This document shows, one piece after another, positions 53,598-64,000 of a DNA stretch of 64,000 nucleotides (its first letter is position 1; each line of letters opens with the position of its first letter). The stretch comes from Haliotis rubra (taxonomy: Eukaryota): assembly GCF_003918875.1 (NCBI RefSeq), contig NW_025766997.1, positions 620,001 to 684,000 on the forward strand, in the 5' to 3' direction. Below the pieces are notes generated by a model. That model was not told the origin of the DNA. It saw nothing but the letters and a program-made list of their open reading frames with translations, and searched no databases. Made by a program: the position numbers and the translations under genes.

Positions 53598-55813
53598 TAA
53601 TCAGTCAATATGGGCATTTCTTACATCACAATCATGATGAAATATGGCATTCATACACATACCAGAAGATCTTGACAGTTAAGGGGATGCAACTCTGGAG
53701 TCAACAAACAATTTACTAGATGTCACTATTCTCTAATTCCCATTTCAGTTCATATCGGTTTTCTTATGCCAGGTTCAAACTCTACTGACAGGCCACTGTT
53801 GGCTTCTGCAACTGTTTACTTATGGGTATACATCCACTCAATAATCTACTCAGAATCCATTAATCTTTCAACACAAGTTCAGTTACCTGTCACATGACAT
53901 AAATCAAACGTTTTCATCTTACAATGGAACTAAGATGGGCAGATAACTCTGTCAGCACATATTTTGGAAGGAATTTTCTACACAATACATGAGGCTGTGA
54001 AGTGAGAATTACATAAATTTCTTAATAGCAGTTCTATGGAATGTAAGGCAGTTATGAAACATGATAGCTTTCTGATCTCATGATATGAGATTGTATCAGT
54101 CTGTTGGTTATTAAAAAAGGCCTAAAGCTGCTGTTTCGAGATGAAATGAACACAGTGACGTCTTCATTATGTATGTCTGATTCAAGTATCTTTGACAGCA
54201 TCCAGTTAAATGTCATGAAGCTGTGAGAACATTTAGTTTTCTGGGGACAATCCTTTCGTCTCAGGATGTTAATGGTTCATTTAGTTTTTAAGAATTTACT
54301 CTATATTTCATACATGCATGTACAAGTTTTATGATCCACAAAAAAATGCAAACTTTGATAAAGAAGAATGTAGAATACGTCACCATTACAGTGAAATATT
54401 TTTGCGTTCTGGAAGAGAAACTCTCGAGAGCCTCACAAAACATAAATCAACATGGTTCTATTAAATGATCATCAGATGACCGCAGGATGTTTTTTAAACT
54501 GAACATCCTAATTCAAGGGGAGCAACATCCCAACAACCACAGACTTGGATTCAATGACACCATTCTCTTGAACGTTTAGGAATATTTTCAGTGTATTTCA
54601 TCCCTTACATAGGGCTCCCTTTAAGGTTTAATTGGCCCGTGACCCATCTTTTTAAAGATTCTCCAGCAACACTTCAGGCTCTCTTTATAAGCCATTCTTT
54701 TCTTGTCAAATGTGTTTCTAAACTGTCGATAAACACTGAAATATACGGGGCAAGGGTTGAAACCTCAGCTAAAGAAACTGAGAACGGGAGCCCAAGGCAT
54801 TCAGCTTCAAGTGGGTTTTTGTGAAAGGTGACCTTTCCTTACAAAAGACACAAAGGCCTTATTTCATGTTCTAAGGGTCTGGAGAAAACACACAGGGATG
54901 TTATGTGGATCAAAAACTATTGATTTTTAAAACTACTTTAACCAACCCTTAGAAATTTTGCTTATTAAGTTATGAAATATCTTACCATGTATTCGATAAA
55001 AAAAACCTAGAGATCATTCATAAAACTTAAATATAATTTTCAGTGACATCACTTACACATTCTTTCTTAATGCTAATATCAGTTATCATTAACCTAATGC
55101 TGCAGTTAAATCTCGTACATTTCCAAATGTATATGTTCTTTCACACTTACTTTGTCATCAAGCAGATGCATTTTCACTATTGAACTTCTTTATCTAACCA
55201 AAATCATTTTTACAATAAATATTACATGTAAATGTTTTCTATCAAATTGATTTTACCATTTTACACAGTAGCAATAACCACCTTGATGTCGATGAAGAGC
55301 TAAAAGTACATTTTTTACCTACATTTCTTTGCTGATAAGTAAATTTGATACATATTCATTCATTTTTAATAAGAGATGAACCATCGCATCATACACATCT
55401 CACATTCCTGTGATAATATATATTGTGATATATAATCAATAACAAAGCTTTGGTTTCAGTGTATCCTGTCACAAATGTTTCACATACATATATATAATAT
55501 TGTTAGCTTAAACTCTCATGCAAAATTAGAGATGAAATAAAATTCTAATGACTTTCCATACCTATTTAACAAAAAGGCAACAGCTTTTGTCTGAAACTTA
55601 CATTTTACATTTTGAATGAATTGATATCAGTATGACACTTTCATAAGGGCAATTTACTCTTGTGCAATAGGCAATAAAGTTGTCCATTTCATTTATTGAC
55701 TTGTCTATATCAGATAAATTCCATTGTTATCACAAGACAATCGTTTCATTATTCACATAATGCAATAATGAAACCTATCAGTCTTACCCATTGACAATGC
55801 TAAACCACACATA

Positions 55814-55942
55814 TACTGGACAAAAATAGTTAGGGATATTTGTAAATTTTGAAATTATGAATAATGATCTATTTATTCATTGACACACTGATAAAATATC
55901 AGTCATAAAAATACCAATATCCCTAACTTCTTTTGTCCAGTA
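55814..55942. mobile_element. 129-bp Tc1-like MITE, copy 2
   Basis: Near identical to 14303-14431; TA flanks. Confidence 0.9.
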
Positions 55943-56285
55943 TATATATCCACAGAGGTAATGTTGGTGATTCCTGTCAACGTTCTTGATCCTGATGTCT
56001 GTTTCAGACCCATTGATTTCAACATCCACACCTCAAATACCTAGACCGACAATACTAGGAATAAGGTTATCTTAACTAAACATATATATCTACAAAATAG
56101 AAATGAAATATTCAAAAGGAACCATCAACACTCCTAAGTGCAGAGGCAACCTAGACTTGCCATTACCATTCCAGACTTGAGTTGGACCTCATATATTCTT
56201 CAAGATTTAGGAGAGAGACTAGTCAAGTACACTGACAGGTAGAACCAGGAGGCACCCCCAGGAGCAGGTGTGGGGGGTCTCACAT

Positions 56286-56455
56286 GTCTGTCACAGAGTC
56301 CCTGAACCATGTTATTTTCCCTTCCATCAAGCCTTTATCGTAACAATATAATCCTAAGTGAAGCAAGTCTAGATTTACCCAGCTCACTGGGCCTCCTTTT
56401 CTATATAAATTGAGTTCCTTCTTTCCATTACAATTATATATCTTTAGAGATCATC
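56286..56455 (+). mobile_element. Family C element, diverged
   Basis: GTCCCTGAACCATGTTATTTTCCC ... GAAGCAAGTCTAGATTT ... CTCCTTTT. Confidence 0.65.
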
Positions 56456-56516
56456 CTTCAGTATAGAGTCTGACTGAAGAAACAGGTTGACACTTTCAGC
56501 TGAGCAAATCCTCACA

Positions 56517-56706
56517 TAGACTAACAACTAGTCTCTGAAATGAACATATTTTACTGAAAAAAAGTTCATAGTAAAAAAAAATATATATAATGAAAAGGAG
56601 CCCTGAGACTTTCTTCATTTTCTGAGGAAATCTAGACTTGCCACATTTTCTAGACTTGTGTGGGCTTTCTTGGATATATTTGCTTCAGGGTCTGTACGAG
56701 AGACTA
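56517..56706 (-). mobile_element. Family C element with perfect 9-bp TSD
   Basis: ATCCTCACA at 56508-56516 and 56707-56715; TAG...CTA termini. Confidence 0.8.
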
Positions 56707-56788
56707 ATCCTCACAGTACAGAAATAATTAGCATGTTTGCTTGATCCACACTCAGCCACATGACCAGAGTCTGTAAATAGCTGAGTTT

Positions 56789-56958
56789 GGAGTGAGTGAG
56801 TGAGTTGGGTTTTACGCCACTTTTAGCAATATTCCAGCAATATCACAGCGGGGGACACCAGAAATGGACTCCACACAATATACCCATGTGGGAAATCGAA
56901 CGCGGGTCTTAAGCGTGACGAGCGAATACTTTAACTAGTAGGCTACCCCACCCCCCCC
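56789..56958 (-). mobile_element. SINE family A inserted in an old family B relic
   Basis: TSD AGCTGAGTTT (56779-56788, 56959-56968). Confidence 0.88.
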
Positions 56959-57084
56959 AGCTGAGTTTAGAGCAGACAAACCAGTGATTGATAGTGTGAG
57001 CATTAACCCATGCCATTAGTGTACTCAGCAAGCCCGATGACCCAATGCTAGTTAGTCCAGTCATTGTATACTGAAGAGCTACAT

Positions 57085-57585
57085 TATGGCAGTCTCTAAA
57101 TAATAAAACATTGACCAGACAATCCAGTGATTGACATCATGAGCATCAATCTATGCAGTTGGAACAAGCTAACATGTATGAACCCAATCAACAACAATGA
57201 TCACCTGATCATGTTAGTCATCTCTTACAACCATCACCCGTGAAGGTCCGGGTTAGAATGTGCCTTCAGTAACCCACGCTTGTCTCCACCCGCGAAGGTC
57301 CGGGTTGGAATGTGCCTTCAGTAACCCACGCTTGTCGTAAGAGGTGACTAACGGGATCGGGTGGTCAGGCTCGCTGGCTTGGTTGACACATGTCATCGGT
57401 TCCCAGTTGCGCAGAACGATGCTCATGCTGTTGATCACTGGATTGTCTGGTCCAGACTCGATTATTTACAGACTGCCGCCATATAGATGTAATATTGCTG
57501 GGTGCAGCGTAAAACTAAACTCACTCTTACTCTTACAACCATCAAGTGTTGCTAAAGATCAGTCCTAAACCGGATCTTCACCGAA
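57085..57585 (-). mobile_element. Old family B copy, split by a younger family B copy
   Basis: CCAGACAATCCAGTGATTGACATCATGAGCATC...GTTAGTCATCTCTTACAA on the left; GTTGCTAAAGATC...CCGGATCTTCAC on the right. Confidence 0.7.
57237..57529 (+). mobile_element. SINE-like family B, full length with duplicated 5' head
   Basis: 15-bp TSD CTCTTACAACCATCA (57222-57236, 57530-57544); head repeated with period 52. Confidence 0.9.
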
Positions 57586-58294
57586 CATTTCAAATTGAAT
57601 AGCTACCTACAATATTGCAGATGCCCCATTAAACAATATTCACTCACTCATGCACTGAACAATGCATGAAGTCCAGCTTCATCCCACCGACAGCTGCTGG
57701 ACACAAGTTACATCACTTTCACCACTCTCTAATAAGGTCTCCTAATGGATCAGCCATCACACAAGGTTAAGTGATAGTGAGAGGTGATAATAGCCTTTTC
57801 AGGTCCTGATCAAAACCTCATTAAAAGCCTCATTAATCAGCAATACCATGTCCTGCTGGTCAGCTTCAATCATTCTTGACCATCTCTCTGTCATCAGTCC
57901 AGCTCGGGACATGAGATGGACATTAGAGGTGTCAATACAGGTCATGTTTCTAGCTCTCATCCATACAAAGACTCACCATTAAACCAGCATGGGAGAGGCC
58001 ATGTATTGATAGTGACAATCTGGCCATGCCATTCTCGTCTTACTGGTACTTAGCTAAGTGCAAAGGTCATTTCTAATTATTACAGCAATATTTATTTGAT
58101 ACCAGTCAAAATGAAACATTTATACATGTGACATTATCCTAGGGCCATATAATGAAAGCTATATATGTTAATTACACAACATGCTGGAAATGAACCATTG
58201 AAGGCAACAAAAACTTTAAATAATAATATCAAAAGAGTTCATTGTACAATTGCACTATCAATAAGTGATGACCAGGTGTTTGCAAAAATGTGAG

Positions 58295-58535
58295 CAGGGG
58301 TGGAAATAACTTTAAAATTGCTAGTGTACTCCGGTACAGTGGCACATGTAGAATCCTTGCCCTGATAATTTTTCTGCTATACCGGCTGATTTTCTTGGTG
58401 ATTTTTTAAATAAACAACATAATTAACATTGGAATGTCAACTGGACACTGGTACAGCGAGACATACAAATTTGCTGGCCCGACACAAAAAAAACACTGCA
58501 CTCGGATGTCGGGCAATGGGTTATTTCCACTCCTG
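58295..58535. mobile_element. hAT-like MITE
   Basis: TIR CAGGGGTGGAAATAAC / GTTATTTCCACTCCTG; TSD imperfect. Confidence 0.7.
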
Positions 58536-59583
58536 AGTGAGCCTACCGGTGGTATGCATCACAAACACATGTAAAGGCAAGCAAATTTTTCACCCACAAA
58601 ACCTCTTCTCAAACTTTTAACACATTAAGAAATATTGACGAAATCAATTCATTAAAACAAAAAATTATTCAACTGTGAACTCAATCATTATAATGAAACT
58701 TCCCCAAATAAGGAGTTAGATATTTTGATAATAAATTCAAATTGGTTACGTCTTTCAGTTCCTTCTTTATCATGTTCATTGTACTCTTCCTGTGTGTTTA
58801 CTGGTCAGTTGAGGGTGTAGATTATGTACATGTCCCTTTCAGTGAGACGAGGACAAGCTGGTATGTTAAGAAAAGCAAGTTGTAAATAAAGTTGGTTAGT
58901 TTCTCGCGTCTGTTAAATAAACTCCACGACAGATCCTCAATGTCACGGCCTGAGAGACCTGCTTTAACCCCTTGTCACAAATACGTTCGCAAGTCGGGGC
59001 ATGCCATCAAGCGACAAAAAAATAGAATGGTGGTCCTGGCTATCTCCTGCAACTGTTTGAAGACTCTCGTAGACATACACCCTAACTTTAACTTTTATGA
59101 CACAACAACATGCCTGTGGAGCCTAAAGTTGTCCAGCTAAATGCCTAAAACAACGCTCTTTCACATCCGTGCAATTGCTATGGCTGTACTTTAAATTAGT
59201 GTTCTACATCCAAATTTACAGACTCTCCGTGAGCTCCCTACCTGTTGAGCTAGGTAAAGGAAGTCAAGTTGAATCAACTTCTCTGTCCCTGTGCTACACA
59301 AATAAACCACACAACTATGCTGAAAAACTAGGTTTGTGTCGGCTCGTCTGTACTTTAACAGCATCCGCTGTGAGCGCTTTCTCTTCACAGTCAACACGTT
59401 TGGTGAAATTGTTAATTGTTAACATGGTGGGATCATTTTTATTTGGGCAGATTAATGATATAATTAACTTAACATTCTTAACAAATAGTTGAATTGGATG
59501 ATTAAATTGTTTCCAGCTGACAGACCTTGTTCAAGTGTATACAAACAGAACACAAAATGGCATGGGTGGCAATTTTATTTACA

Positions 59584-59827
59584 TACACAGGTACTTCATT
59601 TCTTAATTCCTTTTTAATTTTAGCAGGTTACGGCTTAAACGTAGTATAGATTTCAGCAACCTCATTTATATACACAGGTATTTCATTTCTGAATTTCATT
59701 TTAATTTTAGCAGGTTATGGCTTAAACGTAGAATAGATTTCAGCAGCCTCATTTATATACACAGGTATTTCATTTCTGAATTCCTTTTTAATTTTAGCAG
59801 GTTATGGCTTAAACGTAGTACAGATTT
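59584..59827. repeat. 87-bp tandem triplication
   Basis: TACACAGGTA recurs at 59584, 59671 and 59758. Confidence 0.92.
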
Positions 59828-60418
59828 GTTGTAGAATATTCCGTAATAAACATTCAATAATCATTTTCTTGCAGCATTAATGTTTCTTACCAAAAAATAG
59901 GCCACATAATGGTGGGCTGAGTATTATCATGAATACTGAAAAGACTTTATTTTAGATGTTAGGCTGTTGATTTTTGTGTGTTCCATTTTTTACTAGATAT
60001 TTTGGTCACTTTTCGTTGTTTGGAAGTAAATGGATGCTTTACTGCTTAATGCATTTATATTGTTTTGTGCTGTTCAACAGTAAACACAAAATGCCAACGC
60101 CAGATAATAACCTTCCTTGACCATCTGCCTAAACAGATTCCACTGGGCATAAAAGGAAAGAGAGCAGTAGAAAGTATATGAATGATCAACTGTAAAGAAT
60201 ATTAACAGTGGAACGAAAACAAGAATATTGCAAAAGGGGCATTAACCCATCCTCACTCACACACAATAACATATTTTTGAACTGCGTCTCAGTCATTAAC
60301 AGCATAAAATGAGTTATGATCAAAATTTTAACATTCAAGGCCTTTGAAAAGATTTCAAAAAAGTTATTATGGTAGACATGTGGAGCACATTTCAACATTT
60401 CTCTGTCAGTAAACTGTA

Positions 60419-60585
60419 GGGGCAGTGGGGTAGCCCAGTGGTTAAAGCGTTCGCTCGTCATGCTTTAAAACCTGGGTTCAATTCCCTACATGGGTACAAT
60501 GTGTGAAGCCCATTTCTGGTGTCCCCACTGTGATATTGCTGGAATATTGCTAAAAGTGGCGTAAAACTAAACTCACTCACTCACA
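60419..60585 (+). mobile_element. SINE family A with TSD
   Basis: TSD AAACTGTA (60411-60418, 60586-60593). Confidence 0.9.
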
Positions 60586-61550
60586 AAACTGTAATCACCA
60601 AACTGGAAGACAGCCATATCATAACCTCAAAATTCCACATATTACTCTGTGTTAAGCATACAACATTTAGCAGTTAGACCGATAAGGCAGAAAAAAGCTA
60701 AAGATCAAAGTTACAACAAGTTTTTCACCTTCATTTCCTTCCCAACAGAGAACAAATAATTGCGATGGTATCTCAGGAAATAAAAGACATTTGTATCACA
60801 GCAAAAGTCTCTGTGAGTTGGCATTGTACGTCGCCACTGTGTGAAACACCTGCACACTGGGGCTCCATGTTGACAACACCCTGGCGACTACAGCCAGTTC
60901 ACCTGATAACACCACAGCCATACTGTGTTTGTACACCAACGTAGAGTTGTTATCGCAGAGGTCGGCATATAAGATTTAAACGGTTTCTGTTAAAGCTCAC
61001 GTTATCATTTTTAATGATTTTTTATATTAAATTTGTGTTTTAGAGTTTCCACTTCCTTGTATTTCCGATACATGACATACAGATCCACAATGGTCTGCAG
61101 CTCACCTTCAATAAGTGAAAAATGAATATGGGATATCACATTTCAACCAGAGTGTGTCAGTACTTCAAGAACCCTGTTCAGGATAATCAGTACCTTGATG
61201 TCATGAATCAGTAAAAGATCATGCATGTAAATATATGAAAACATGTCATAATTTTACAAAATGACTTCACAAGATATCTTTTCTGATAGTGTAGAAGTAA
61301 ATGTTAGATTAACTGCCATAAATGTGCTCAACATATTACCTATTTTAGAACTAAGACAATACTAAAAACAAAACCATCCAATCATTTAACACAAGAACAA
61401 TATTTCCTTAAACATTTGGACAAAAGAACAATATTTCATTAAAGTGTACCACAAAAGAACAAGGTTTGATTCAACACCTCTACATAATAAATTTCCATCA
61501 AAACAATGATCCAACAAACACTTTTTGCCAAGAATGTTCCATTCAATAGG

Positions 61551-61863
61551 GGAGAGCGGAAGGTTGCGGGTTCGATCCCCGACCGCGTCATACCAAAAGA
61601 CGTTAAAATATGGTACCTGTTGGTCCCTGCCTGGCACTCGGCATTAATGGGTACAACAAGGACTGGTCGGCTCTGAGTCAGTATAATGTGTCTGAGTGGG
61701 GTATTCATGCTTCACTGCGGCATGGTATCTCAGTGGGCTAGCACTATAAAACCAGCTTCAGTCTGGGCTAGTACAAGCAGCTGCACATACACATACACAC
61801 GCATGCACATCGTCATATGAGCGAAATATTCTCAAGCACGACGTTAAACCCAATTTCACCTCA
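61551..61863 (+). mobile_element. 5'-truncated tRNA-derived SINE with Meta-like central domain
   Basis: B-box GGTTCGATCCC, then CGTCATACCAAAAGACGTTAAAATATGGTACC...CCCTGCCTGGCACTCGGCATTAA; 12-bp TSD CCATTCAATAGG (61539-61550, 61864-61875). Confidence 0.8.
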
Positions 61864-63051
61864 CCATTCAATAGGTATACAAGAGAACAGTGGACCTCTA
61901 AACAATGTTCCACTAAACACACAAGATCAATGCACTACTAAACATTAGCAAACAAAACCATTGTTCCATTAAACACACAAGAACAATGTTTTTACTAAAC
62001 ATTTGTAAACAAATACAATGTTCCATAACAAATTTCTGCATAGGAACAATGTTCCAATGAACTAAGCCCAATCTACATGAGCTTCACCTGCATATTATAT
62101 TTAGAGAAAGTCATACCATATGACAGGGGCATGTCTGTAAAAGGTCATTTGTCAAATGTCACTGTCCTGATCCAAACATGGGAAAGTGTCACACACAGAC
62201 ACCAGCCAGTTCATTCAAACTTTGAAAACATGGACATTAAAGCCTGGAATTATGTTCAACACGACAACCAGAAATGCAGAGGCTATTAATCTCCTTCCAA
62301 GCCACTGGCCACAAGTTCATAACGAGGGCATATCTGGCACTTGAACCCTTAGAATGGCCATGGGTGAAACGGTACACAAAATGCAATCACTTAATTGCTG
62401 ATTTGAATGACACACTTCGTTTTAAACAAATTGCAAAAGAACAGTAACAAACTTGTTCATGATTAGAGAAAATTCCATAGGTTTAGTACACAAATGGCAG
62501 GATATATCAACTAAAACATGCACCAAGATGTATATATGAGTAACGTCCCACTATAATCTTGACACACGAGTAGTAAAACTGATATTTCACTATGTTGTTT
62601 GATCTGAGACATTCCACAATGATAATTTGTTATATCATTGTCAAAACACATTTTGGAAATATAGTCATCATTTACATAGTTTCTATACTTTCAATTTAAC
62701 TGTATATTTTATACTGATTGTCCTTAATGTTGAAAGAATGGACACTTATCTTGTTAAAGAGATAACTTTAGGGTGTTGCACAAGTCAGATTTTGCCAATG
62801 ATGAGCACTGACAGAAAATATGTATTTTACTGTATGTTGTAACAATATGTATCAATTTGTGAATCAAGTTATCAGTAAAATTTGACAAAACATACATTTA
62901 AAGCAATTTAACAAAATCTGACTTGTTCAACACCCTAAAGTTATCTCTTTAACAAGATAAGTGTCCATTCTTTCAAAATTAAGGACAATCAATATAAAAA
63001 TATACAGTTTAAGTATATACATCTCTGTCCCAGTAGATAGTTACAGAGATT

Positions 63052-63219
63052 GGGGCAGTGGGGTAGCCTGGTGGTTAAAGCGTTGGCTCGTCCTGCCGAA
63101 GACCCGGGTTCGATTCCCCATATGGGCACAATGTGTTAAGCCCATTTCTGGTGTCCCCCGCCGTGATATTGCTGGAATATTGCTAAAAGCGGCGTAAAAC
63201 TAAACTCAGTCAGTCAGTC
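63052..63219 (+). mobile_element. SINE family A, (CAGT)n-tail subfamily
   Basis: TSD AGTTACAGAGATT (63039-63051, 63220-63232). Confidence 0.92.
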
Positions 63220-64000
63220 AGTTACAGAGATTAAATTCTGATTTTTTACTGCAACATGTCTTGTAGTTTTGAATATTAGCATTGTCGTTGTTTAGATAAT
63301 ATATGCTATTAGGATATCATTTCTTGTAGCACAACTGATGATGTCAAATTTAAGTGCAATGTTTTGCCAAATTTTACTGATAACTTGATTCACAAATTGA
63401 TACATATTGTTACAACATACCGGTACAGTAAAATACATATTTTCTGTCAGGTGTATTAGGGGCAAAAATTAGGTTCATTTGATCTTCATGTATGTCATGC
63501 ATATTGTTGCCTGTTTTATTAAATCCTTTCAAATTGGAGGGTGTCCAACAAATCTGACGTTCAACAATACTGGTTCAGAATTACGTAAAAAATAATAACT
63601 TTAGTTTCTAATTTCGGCTTGTGCACGTTTCAACCCAGTGCTCATGATTGGTCGTTTTTGCCTGTTAGCACAAAACAATGAAGAGTATCTCATACTTACT
63701 TTCATGTAACTAAAATCCTCTTATCGCTTTCATTAAATGAAAATAAATGAATGAATCAAAGACTGAGTTGTAATTTCCCTTGTCAGTGTTTCATTTTTTA
63801 ACTTTTTGTTCATCAAAGAATTGAGGAGTGGACTGTGTTTACTGCTTTTGGTGGTGATATATATGCTATTGTCATGCTCTCTTGAAAGTCAGCTTCGTTT
63901 CCTTACCTCGTAAAATTCCCATTCATCACCTAGCAACAGTTTAAAACTAATGCCTTTTGGGCTATTGTCTTGATGCTTCACAAAGTGGGGTCAGAAATAT

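Overview
Eukaryotic, AT-rich, repeat-dense genomic DNA. The SINE repertoire suggests a gastropod mollusc, possibly abalone (inference). The only host coding sequence I can support is one 322-bp internal exon (10777-11098, minus strand) of a TIKI/TRABD2 Wnt-inactivating metalloprotease gene, so the rest is probably intronic (>10 kb downstream, >52 kb upstream). The introns hold: about 20 copies of a tRNA(Asp)-like-headed SINE; a second SINE-like family with the same 3' tail but a fixed, non-tRNA, pseudoknot-forming 5' head (the best candidate for an undescribed system, possibly a ribozyme-headed retroposon); a Meta-domain-like SINE; a 4.7-kb CCCAG-ended CACTA/EnSpm-type element with a spliced, decayed DUF4806-like gene, inserted into a 13-bp minisatellite; a Penelope-like remnant with a degenerate minimal hammerhead; a ~190-200-bp TAG..CTA family with 9-bp TSDs and a terminal hairpin; many MITEs (several nested); an RTEX-like LINE 3' end; several tandem arrays; and two N gaps. 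Most long ORFs in the track are artefacts of tandem repeats or gaps. Family names come from motif recognition, not database searches.
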